Source: a virus (Duplodnaviria > Caudoviricetes). Taken from it: a DNA stretch of 39,664 bases. Under the pieces are notes generated by a model, which saw only the letters and a program-made list of their open reading frames with translations, made no database searches and was not told the DNA's origin. Each line of letters opens with the position of its first letter. Position 1 is the stretch's first letter. The stretch covers positions 1 to 39,664 of IMG/VR virus record IMGVR_UViG_3300020593_000005. The stretch is one strand, 5' to 3'. Both the position numbers and the translations under genes were made by a program. Below, in pieces: positions 1-6,968 of the stretch.

Positions 1-181
1 GACTGCGGTCCATTTCCTCGCCAGTCACAGGATCAAGCGGTGCACCATGCCAAATGCGGATACCGCAAAAGGCGGCGCCAGAGCGCAAGCGCATCCGGTA
101 ATATCCGGCAATCGGCTCATCGGGATCGAAGCCAACCGCGCGAAACTCGCTGCGTTGCGAATAGTCGAGACGCGCCCTCAC
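1..181 (-). CDS. Phage early hypothetical protein (partial, runs off the window)
   Basis: GTG overlaps the TGA of the upstream gene; reads MRARLDYSQRSEFRAVGFDPDEPIAGYYRMRL...GAPLDPVTGEEMDRS; open to the window edge. Confidence 0.6.
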   Translation of the reverse strand, partial: MRARLDYSQRSEFRAVGFDPDEPIAGYYRMRLRSGAAFCGIRIWHGAPLDPVTGEEMDRS

Positions 182-315
182 CATGACATCCCCACAATCA
201 CCCCAATAAACAGGGCGCACAGAAGTATGGACGCCTTATCGAAGGCGGTAAGCGGGATGCAGATGCGGCCTTCGGGGACGGTCAGGGCTGCGTGGGCTTG
301 GTGGAGGATGGTCAT
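178..315 (-). CDS. Small membrane protein (45 aa)
   Basis: ATG overlaps the upstream TAA (TAATG); C-terminal hydrophobic helix ILLCALFIGVIVGMSW. Confidence 0.55.
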   Translation of the reverse strand: MTILHQAHAALTVPEGRICIPLTAFDKASILLCALFIGVIVGMSW

Positions 316-626
316 TAGAAGCCCTCCATCAGCCGGTCGCGGCGGCTCTGCGCCCGCCATTCCGCAGCCTCGATTTCCTCGGACGCCCAATCCTCCATGC
401 ACTCGGCAAGCAGGGCTTCGTCGTCATAGAAATGCTGCGGAATAGTCACCGACTTGTCGGCGCACTGGATCTCGACAATCTCGACGCTGGACGGTTCGGG
501 CGGGTCGATACGATCGCCGCGATAGCCCTTGCTGCGCGAGTATGTGACGCGAACGTCCGCCTCAACTTCGCCACCCCGGCTATCGTGCCACAGGAGCGAT
601 GTTTTAAATGATCCGCGCCCGCTCAT
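315..626 (-). CDS. Phage hypothetical protein
   Basis: Translationally coupled (ATGA overlap) in the PL operon; acidic 103 aa. Confidence 0.7.
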   Translation of the reverse strand: MSGRGSFKTSLLWHDSRGGEVEADVRVTYSRSKGYRGDRIDPPEPSSVEIVEIQCADKSVTIPQHFYDDEALLAECMEDWASEEIEAAEWRAQSRRDRLMEGF

Positions 627-973
627 GGCTTCACCGGCAGGGCATCGACCGCATCGCGGAAGCTGGCGGGCGCGGCGTTATGCTCGCGGATGAGGTTCAG
701 CACGGCCTCTTTGCATTCTGCTGCGGTCTTGAGGACAGGCTTTTCGAGTTTAGCCTGCTCGACCTTGGCGAGCATCTTCTCGACCGCCCCGGCTAGCGTC
801 GAATCCGCGCCATGGCAGAACTTGTCGCGAGCACAGTCCCCTTTAGGGTAGTAGCTACTCGCACTGAACCGATCGCCATCAACTCGCGCACTGAAACCCA
901 TTTCCAGCGGAACGATTGAAGAAATAAAATCCTGCGCGACCTGCGCCTTGTCGATGGTATCAACCATGTTCAA
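623..973 (-). CDS. Phage hypothetical protein
   Basis: AAGGAG RBS upstream; coupled to neighbouring genes. Confidence 0.65.
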   Translation of the reverse strand: MNMVDTIDKAQVAQDFISSIVPLEMGFSARVDGDRFSASSYYPKGDCARDKFCHGADSTLAGAVEKMLAKVEQAKLEKPVLKTAAECKEAVLNLIREHNAAPASFRDAVDALPVKP

Positions 974-1217
974 TCTCCTTCAATTGCCGACGAAGACGCG
1001 GCAGGGTTAAAAGTGCGCTCATGGAGCGTTCGAATTGCTGCACCTGGCTGCGTGGAAGCGGATTGCTCAGGCGGATGAACTTGCGGGCTTCTTCCTGCGC
1101 GGCGGCAAGCTGGCGGGCGATCTCGCCCTTACGCTCAAGCCGCTGACACTCTTCCCGATCCGCGACGTGCTGGCAGTGGTCGCCGTCGAAATAACTAGCC
1201 TCGGCGTAGAGGGTCAC
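960..1217 (-). CDS. Phage hypothetical protein
   Basis: GTG start overlaps the TGA of the upstream small ORF (GTGA); shortened from the ORF-track call 960..1259. Confidence 0.6.
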   Translation of the reverse strand: MTLYAEASYFDGDHCQHVADREECQRLERKGEIARQLAAAQEEARKFIRLSNPLPRSQVQQFERSMSALLTLPRLRRQLKEIEHG

Positions 1218-1360
1218 AGTCCCAACCCTCCCAGGATCATCCCGATCACCAGCGCGCACAGCGAAAGCGTGACAGCCTCGGTCACCGTAAGGCGGATGCT
1301 GGACCAGCCTTCGGGGTCGGTCAGGCGATCAGCGATGTTATGGATTGCGCCCTGCGCCAT
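1214..1360 (-). CDS. Small membrane protein (48 aa), first gene of the PL operon
   Basis: GGAG RBS; MAQGAIHNIADRLTDPEGWSSIRLTVTEAVTLSLCALVIGMILGGLGL; not in the ORF track. Confidence 0.55.
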   Translation of the reverse strand: MAQGAIHNIADRLTDPEGWSSIRLTVTEAVTLSLCALVIGMILGGLGL

Positions 1361-1400
1361 GCTTCATCTCCGTCTGAGCCGGTGGCTCGTTGATGGGGAT

Positions 1401-1452
1401 GGTATGTGCGATTATCGGAAGTTTCGCAAGCACTAAATTGCGATTATCGGAT
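1401..1452 (-). promoter_or_regulatory. PL promoter with two repressor operators (OL)
   Basis: TGCGATTATCGGA at 1407 and 1439 matches the sites between cI and cro; minus-strand TTGCGA-N17-CATACC. Confidence 0.8.
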
Positions 1453-1569
1453 TTTCCTCGCACCGCCCGAATCACCTGCTATAAGCGACGCGCACCCGCC
1501 ACGCACAAAAAGCCCACCAGGGTAGACTCAGCGCCTTCCGCGCCCCATCATCATTACGGGAGGGGAATC

Positions 1570-1746
1570 ATGCTCAGATTGCTTGCTATACCGCTGTTGC
1601 TGCTGGCTGGATCGGCGGTGCCTACGCCGTGTGCCTACGGGCAAACCTGCTGCAAAGTCTGCAAAGCGGGCAAAGCCTGCGGGAATACCTGCATCGCGCG
1701 GGACAAGGTGTGTCGAACGGGCGGCGGTTGTGCGTGCGATGGGTAA
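1570..1746 (+). CDS. Secreted cysteine-rich peptide (58 aa)
   Basis: GGGAGGGG RBS; signal-peptide-like N-terminus; mature part CCKVCKAGKACGNTCIARDKVCRTGGGCACDG. Confidence 0.75.
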   Translation: MLRLLAIPLLLLAGSAVPTPCAYGQTCCKVCKAGKACGNTCIARDKVCRTGGGCACDG

Positions 1747-1752
1747 GGGTAA

Positions 1753-1789
1753 CAAAAAAGGGCGAGCCGAAGCCCGCCCCTTCCTTTTG
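1753..1789. terminator. Probable bidirectional intrinsic terminator
   Basis: A-tract, GC hairpin GGGCGAGC-CGAA-GCCCGCCC, then T-rich tail, between convergent genes. Confidence 0.55.
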
Positions 1790-1800
1790 CAGTGGCGCGA

Positions 1801-1962
1801 TCAGCGCTTGCCGGTGTTGACCTCTGAAACGCGGCCCTGGTTCAGCCCAAGGTCCGCCGCGATGTCGTGCTGGAACTCGCCCAGCGCCAGCCTGCGGCGA
1901 ATTTCCGCGATTATTTCAGGCGTCAATTTAGCGCGCGATCGGCGCGGCCTGTCGTAAGCCAT
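1801..1962 (-). CDS. Small HTH DNA-binding protein (53 aa)
   Basis: AAGGGAG RBS; MAYDRPRRSRAKLTPEIIAEIRRRLALGEFQHDIAADLGLNQGRVSEVNTGKR; not in the ORF track. Confidence 0.75.
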   Translation of the reverse strand: MAYDRPRRSRAKLTPEIIAEIRRRLALGEFQHDIAADLGLNQGRVSEVNTGKR

Positions 1963-2029
1963 CTTCAATTCTCCCTTGATGGCAAATTCTGACGATTGAC
2001 GAAGGGCTCCCAGCAGTGCATTTTGCAGC

Positions 2030-2125
2030 TATCGGGTTTCTCCCATCGCGCGTTTCAGAACCAGTTTCCGCGCGGTGATCCCGATCAGAAGGCTCGGTGT
2101 TGGTAGCACCGGGCCTTCGTCATTT
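2030..2125 (+). ncRNA. Putative small structured RNA, antisense to the mini-HTH leader
   Basis: TTGACG-N17-CATTTT promoter (1996-2024); bulged stem-loop 2031-2085; terminator-like hairpin 2088-2118. Confidence 0.45.
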
Positions 2126-2327
2126 CGGGAATGTCAGAGCGCAGGATTCCCGCGAAATCGAATCTTTGCAAGGGGGTATATGACAGGTTGAAGACTCGGG
2201 TTGTCCCCGTCCTGACTCTGTTTGTCGCACGTTGCAGTCGGCTTATCGGCGCAACTAACGGGCTTCTCTTGGGTGCAGAAATAAAAAGAGGGATCATAGG
2301 CGAGCAAAAATAAATATGGCTTGTCAC

Positions 2328-2388
2328 AAAAAAGCCCGCCTCCGTGGGGAAGCGGGCAAAAGAAAACCCCGCCGGGTGGGGCGGGGCG
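2328..2388 (-). terminator. Tandem intrinsic terminators downstream of the KilA-N gene
   Basis: Two GC hairpins (GCCCGC/GCGGGC and CCCCGCC/GGCGGGG), each preceded on + by an A-tract. Confidence 0.6.
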
Positions 2389-2394
2389 TGGGGG

Positions 2395-3192
2395 TTAATG
2401 CGTAGGCGCAGGCAATAGGCGCGGAAGATAGGTCAACGCCGCTGGGTCGCGCTCCGCGAAATAAGCCGCCGCCCTCTGAGGAAGCCACACCTCTCGGAAG
2501 TGGCGGCGGAAATGATGGAGAAGGTTCTCCGGGTAGGCCTTCGCTTGGACAGGCTGACGCTGATCCTCAAATGTGTGCCAATATGTCGGCATTGCTTTGG
2601 TGTCGACACCATGCTCATCCCGCAGGAACTTTGCGAACATTAGCCCGGACGAAATGTCAGGCCAGAGCTTTTCAGGGATCCGGTAGCCCAACGCTTCCAT
2701 AGGCGCGATTAGGCATAGCGTAAGCTCTGTCAGGATCGAGAAATGGCCGGCGGGGACGTTCCCCTGATTTGCGATATAGCGCCGCAGATGGAAAGGCAGC
2801 TCAGCGGGACGATGCGGGGCGCCGTTGCCCGACATCCAATCGAACACCCATTGCGACACCTGAACCGCGAACGTCGGTGAAAGCCATTGAGCTAGGTTGA
2901 TTGCGATCTGGGGATGAACCCATGTCCCCTGCAATTCTGGATTTCCGCCAACAAGTGATTGAATTAGTTCCGCTATCGGTATTCCGAGGGCGGAAGAAAG
3001 TTCTGCCGCAAAGGCCTTGGCAGTCTGACCTTCCCAATATCGGCTCCATGGCCGACCAGCAGCCTTGCACATCGCTGTAGCATTGATGTAGCCATCCGCC
3101 GCGCGCTGCTGGATTAATGATCCTTGGTAGGTATGGGGGACAAGCGCGAGTTGATATTGGCCGGCGCTATGCTGGGTGGGCGACAAGCTCAT
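2395..3192 (-). CDS. KilA-N domain protein with BstA-like C-terminal domain (candidate abortive-infection factor)
   Basis: KilA-N motifs DGYINATAMCKAAG and GTWVHPQIAINLAQWLSP; C-terminal VPAGHFS, PDISSG, AYPE..FRRHF motifs resemble the BstA family. Confidence 0.8.
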   Translation of the reverse strand: MSLSPTQHSAGQYQLALVPHTYQGSLIQQRAADGYINATAMCKAAGRPWSRYWEGQTAKAFAAELSSALGIPIAELIQSLVGGNPELQGTWVHPQIAINLAQWLSPTFAVQVSQWVFDWMSGNGAPHRPAELPFHLRRYIANQGNVPAGHFSILTELTLCLIAPMEALGYRIPEKLWPDISSGLMFAKFLRDEHGVDTKAMPTYWHTFEDQRQPVQAKAYPENLLHHFRRHFREVWLPQRAAAYFAERDPAALTYLPRLLPAPTH

Positions 3193-3261
3193 ATAAAGAA
3201 AACTCCAAGTAGGTCAGCTTGGAGGCCTTGACGATAGAGCTACAAAAGCACATACGCGTGG

Positions 3262-3345
3262 ATACAGACATCGACCGGGCCTCCTAAGCATCGGTTGCGA
3301 AACGCCAGCGGAGAACCTTCCAAAGTTCCGCTGGCGTTCTTGTTA
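3262..3345 (+). ncRNA. Putative antisense RNA to the KilA-N/BstA-like leader
   Basis: TTGACG-N17-CATACG (3228-3256); 12-bp terminator stem 3301-3338 followed by a T-rich tail. Confidence 0.5.
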
Positions 3346-3431
3346 TAGTCTGATTCCGTTCCCCGGCAAGCATCTCGTTACGATGGGTTAACCACCTATC
3401 CCATCGCCCGCGAAAACATCAGCGGGGAAGC

Positions 3432-3740
3432 CTAATCGTAGGGATACCGCGCAAAGAAATGCGTAGGTATCGCCCCCTTCTCCCTAAATTCTCCGCTCTC
3501 GCACCAGAACCCGGCCCGCTGCTCGCCTTCATTCAGCGCCTTCACATTGGCGTTCATGATCTGCGAAACCATGATGCAATTGTTGAGATTGAAAGGCGGC
3601 TTTTCGGCCGCGCTGAATGTCGCGAACTGGACCCGGAGAGCAGGGTCGAACGGTGAGTTGCGATAAAGGGTGACGACATCGCCCTTGGCTTCGTTACATC
3701 CCACCAGCGCAAGCCCCGCCAGCAATATCCCTGCCCTCAT
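3432..3740 (-). CDS. Lipoprotein (candidate superinfection exclusion)
   Basis: Signal peptide with lipobox LVG-C (MRAGILLAGLALVGC); lies downstream of cI. Confidence 0.7.
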   Translation of the reverse strand: MRAGILLAGLALVGCNEAKGDVVTLYRNSPFDPALRVQFATFSAAEKPPFNLNNCIMVSQIMNANVKALNEGEQRAGFWCESGEFREKGAIPTHFFARYPYD

Positions 3741-3777
3741 CAAATCCCCCACTTATCCACAGCAATCTTGGCCCGCC

Positions 3778-4176
3778 CTAGTCATAAATCTCATCCGGCC
3801 ACCAGTCCGCATCTTCGGACCCCGGAGGCGGCCAGTCTGCGGCGCGCGAGTCGGCATGCTCCGGCAAGACAGGCTCGGTCCCGTCGAGGTGGGCGCGGAT
3901 CGTCGCGCCCCATTTGTCTGCTTGTTGGAAGATCGCGTTCACGCCATGCCGGCGCATGGCCGTGTGTATCATCTGGCAGCGTTCGGCGCGGATATAGCCG
4001 ATCTGGATATGGCGGTCGCTATAAACGGCGATGGCCTGCTTGTCCGCGATGTTCTTGGGTTCCGGCACCAGATGGACAGGCTCGCCGGGGATACACATCG
4101 CTATCTCAAAGCGGCGTGTCGGGCCTTTCTTGTTGGGATGATCGGCCCCGACGACTGCTAGGGAGAGGTGGCGCAC
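3778..4176 (-). CDS. HIRAN domain protein
   Basis: LAVVGADH...LVPEPKNIADKQAIAVY...IGYI is the HIRAN pattern; abuts the ATPase stop. Confidence 0.8.
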   Translation of the reverse strand: MRHLSLAVVGADHPNKKGPTRRFEIAMCIPGEPVHLVPEPKNIADKQAIAVYSDRHIQIGYIRAERCQMIHTAMRRHGVNAIFQQADKWGATIRAHLDGTEPVLPEHADSRAADWPPPGSEDADWWPDEIYD

Positions 4177-5394
4177 TTATTCCCTGCGGATTTGCCAGCG
4201 CAGATAAAAACGAAGGTAAGGATCAACCAGATTGACCTCACGGGTGTCTTCTACCCAGTCAATCGCTGCTTCCTTTCCAAATTCACGGGAGAGCCTCGCC
4301 AGATGCTTCAAGGCTGACGTAATTTCGTGCTTCTGCGGCACTTGTTCTAGCAGAAGATTGTTGAGCTCAGACCTTAGCTCATCATAAGCAACCACGGATT
4401 TTGGTCCAGTCGCGGCTAACGCGAGCAAGATAGCTTGGTAAATATCGGCTGATTCGCCGTTTTTCATAGGTCTTTTTGCTCTGGCTTTCCTGATCTGAGG
4501 CCCGGCCGACAATTTCTGATAAATTGGCAGGCCAGCGTCCGTTGAGATGCGCCTGAACATTTCCTCCATCGAATAATTCGGCAAAAGAGCTTGGCGCGCG
4601 AGCAAAGGGGTCTGTTCTATGTTGTTGTCAAAGCACATTTCCCAACAGAACTTCTGCATCAGGAACGGACTTTCCTGAGCTTCCTCGCAGAGCCGGTCGA
4701 TAACCGGTTCATCCACCTGCAACCTCAACTCATCGAATCCTTGAAGTGGAACCTTTCTCAGATCATTTTGTGACCAGTGAGGCAAAGAAATAGCTGTGAA
4801 ACGTCCCGTCAGTTCCGCCTCTGCCTTGATTGCGTCAAAGACACGATGGCTGACTGACAGCAGTATAACCTTTAGCCCGGTAAAAACTGCTCCTTTAACA
4901 TTCCTCATGACCGTCCGGCGATCATCTTCTGGCAGATAATGAAAATCGTCAATGACGAGCATTATTTTGTCGCGTTGCATCAATGAGAGCGCGGCGGCCA
5001 TGGAATCTACACGAAACACTTTAGTTCTATTTTTTGATTGTAGCCGAGAGCCGCTAGCAGTCGTTATGAACGGAACAGAACCAGAGCCAGTTAAAGATGT
5101 TTCGCTACCTGATTCCTCTTGGAATTCGTAAGGAATAGTCAGCTCAGAAGCCACCTTGTCCCAAAAATCAGTTGCGCTTGCTACTTGGCCGCCGTCAATC
5201 CAGACATATTCGCGCTCGCCTAACGTCCTCTTACATAAAACCGTCTTGCCGGTCTTTGTAGGTCCAGAAAGCGAGACGATCTGATTGGGTGTTGCGACCG
5301 CGCGGGCGAATGAGCGTTCAATGTGTTCTTCTTCGCGTTGGACATACGTAACAGTCGGCTGCCCACCAGCCACGAAAACTTCATCACGATGCAT
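4177..5394 (-). CDS. P-loop (AAA-like) ATPase with probable C-terminal winged helix; accessory
   Basis: Walker A SGPTKTGKT, Walker B LVIDDFH, C-terminal DPYLRFYLRW; visibly more AT-rich than the flanking phage genes. Confidence 0.85.
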   Translation of the reverse strand: MHRDEVFVAGGQPTVTYVQREEEHIERSFARAVATPNQIVSLSGPTKTGKTVLCKRTLGEREYVWIDGGQVASATDFWDKVASELTIPYEFQEESGSETSLTGSGSVPFITTASGSRLQSKNRTKVFRVDSMAAALSLMQRDKIMLVIDDFHYLPEDDRRTVMRNVKGAVFTGLKVILLSVSHRVFDAIKAEAELTGRFTAISLPHWSQNDLRKVPLQGFDELRLQVDEPVIDRLCEEAQESPFLMQKFCWEMCFDNNIEQTPLLARQALLPNYSMEEMFRRISTDAGLPIYQKLSAGPQIRKARAKRPMKNGESADIYQAILLALAATGPKSVVAYDELRSELNNLLLEQVPQKHEITSALKHLARLSREFGKEAAIDWVEDTREVNLVDPYLRFYLRWQIRRE

Positions 5395-5410
5395 CTGCCA
5401 CCCCCGATTA

Positions 5411-5480
5411 CGCGCCGCGCGCGCCGCTATCATTTTGTGCGCGCCGCGCGCGCCGCTATCATTTTGTGCGCGCCGCGCGC
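5411..5480. repeat. Perfect 29-bp tandem repeat (about 2.4 copies)
   Basis: CGCGCCGCGCGCGCCGCTATCATTTTGTG at 5411 and 5440, partial copy at 5469. Confidence 0.9.
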
Positions 5481-5560
5481 CCTACATCTTCCGCACGACA
5501 CCCACGACGCAGACCGTCATCGCCCTCAATGCCTCCGCGCCGACCAGATGACCCGGCCTC

Positions 5561-6259
5561 TCATAGCTCTCGCCCAAACCAGACTGCCCGCCCGTGGATG
5601 CGTAATTCGTCAGCGTCAACCTCGAAGTCCTCGCCCCCGGCCAGCTTGTTATCTGACGAGATAAGGATGCGCCCCTGTCCAGCCGCTCGCAAGCGCTTCA
5701 ACCCGTGCGCGCCCCAATGGTCGATCCAGTAAATGCCGTGCATGCGGGAAAGCGTCTTTTCGGAAGTGTCGATGAGCACCCGATCGCCAGTGCGAAGGGT
5801 GGGCTCCATACTGTCCCCAACCCCTTTGACCTGGCGTAGCATTTGGAATGGCGAGCGTGTGATGATCCGCAGAAGCCCCATGTCCCACTTGACCGGCTCT
5901 TCTTCGACCAAATCCTCGATCAACGTTCCCGGCCCCATGGAGAGGGATAAGTCGAGCGAGATGATTTCCACCGTGCCGTCATCAACCGACGCATTGCGGG
6001 TGGGCATCCGATCCGGGGCATCTCGAATGTTTAGAGGCCTCTTGCTCTGAGACTTCGCCTCAAGCTCCAATGCAGATAACCAATCCCTCGCAGCCAGCAA
6101 TTCCGGACCTTTAAACTGGCGTTCGCCAACCTTGGTTTTGGAGATTTTATTCTCCTCCAAACCGAGCGCTGCCGCCAACTCCCGCTGCTTCAATCCAAGC
6201 GCATCAAGCCGCCGGAAAATGTCGGCCGCTTCAGGCTTGAGATTTGCATAGGGGTCCAT
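5561..6259 (-). CDS. cI: CI-like repressor (XRE HTH plus S24 autopeptidase)
   Basis: HTH LKQRELAAALGLEENKISK; S24 motifs VGDSMEP and LKRL; cleavage-loop-like SMGPG; start moved to ATG 6259. Confidence 0.92.
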   Translation of the reverse strand: MDPYANLKPEAADIFRRLDALGLKQRELAAALGLEENKISKTKVGERQFKGPELLAARDWLSALELEAKSQSKRPLNIRDAPDRMPTRNASVDDGTVEIISLDLSLSMGPGTLIEDLVEEEPVKWDMGLLRIITRSPFQMLRQVKGVGDSMEPTLRTGDRVLIDTSEKTLSRMHGIYWIDHWGAHGLKRLRAAGQGRILISSDNKLAGGEDFEVDADELRIHGRAVWFGREL

Positions 6260-6275
6260 TGGCCTATTGAACGAT

Positions 6276-6345
6276 AACTTCCGACTATCGCAATCGCGAT
6301 TATCGGAACTTTCCACTTGCGATGAACTTCCGATTATCGCATACA
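6276..6345. promoter_or_regulatory. OR region: three operators overlapping divergent PRM and PR
   Basis: Sites at 6276-6293, 6295-6310 and 6325-6342 share the core GCGATWRTCGGAA; TTGCGA-N17-CATACA precedes cro. Confidence 0.8.
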
Positions 6346-6352
6346 TTGGTAC

Positions 6353-6568
6353 ATGAACACCGAAGCTGATCGCATCATTGACGGCTTGGGCGGCACGAGC
6401 GCCGTTGCAAAGCTGATCCAAGCGCCAACCTCAACCGTCCATAGTTGGCGAAGGATCGGCATTCCCGCCTCGCGCATGGCGCACCTGAAATTGGCCGCCA
6501 GACATGCCAAGAAGGTTTGGCCCGTCGAAGCAGCCCGCCCCACCAAGGACACGGAGAGGGCGGCTTGA
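6353..6568 (+). CDS. cro: Cro-like repressor
   Basis: IIDGLGGTSAVAKLIQAPTSTVHSWRRIGIP HTH; divergent from cI. Confidence 0.85.
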   Translation: MNTEADRIIDGLGGTSAVAKLIQAPTSTVHSWRRIGIPASRMAHLKLAARHAKKVWPVEAARPTKDTERAA

Positions 6569-6783
6569 GCGGGCGCAAAGTCAGCAACGCCGCTGATGAT
6601 GCGGTCGCTGTGATTGACGCGTTCATTCAGGCCCATCATGCAGCAGCGATCCCGGCACTAATCGGCGCTGCTGTCATGTGGGCCGTGGATAACGGCGGTG
6701 CCGATGTCGTCAAAGGCTCGCTTCGCAATGCGATTAAGCTGGCCGACGCGATGAGCGCCGCTCGGAAAGCGGGTGCCGCATGA
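6565..6783 (+). CDS. Hypothetical protein
   Basis: TTG overlaps the cro stop; GGAGAGGG RBS. Confidence 0.55.
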   Translation: MSGRKVSNAADDAVAVIDAFIQAHHAAAIPALIGAAVMWAVDNGGADVVKGSLRNAIKLADAMSAARKAGAA

Positions 6784-6968
6784 CCCCGCTGCAAGACGAG
6801 ATCACCCGCAAGGTTCAAGCTGGCCTTGATCGCCTCAAGGCTCGGCCAGTCCTTGCCGCACAACCGCGAGAAGGCCGGTCGCCCCGCATCCGCACGAGCC
6901 ATTTCCAGCCTCGCGCCACTCTCGCCTTCTGGTGGGGCATCGTCGGCATGTTGTTGGGGAGGGGGTAG
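6780..6968 (+). CDS. Hypothetical protein
   Basis: ATGA coupling with the upstream gene. Confidence 0.55.
   Translation: MTPLQDEITRKVQAGLDRLKARPVLAAQPREGRSPRIRTSHFQPRATLAFWWGIVGMLLGRG

Noticed and set aside
5411-5480. CRISPR-like array
   Set aside because: The 29-bp units are contiguous with no spacers, and there are no cas genes
6260-6421. N-terminal extension of cI in the ORF track
   Set aside because: It runs through the operators and overlaps cro; the HTH begins after Met 6259
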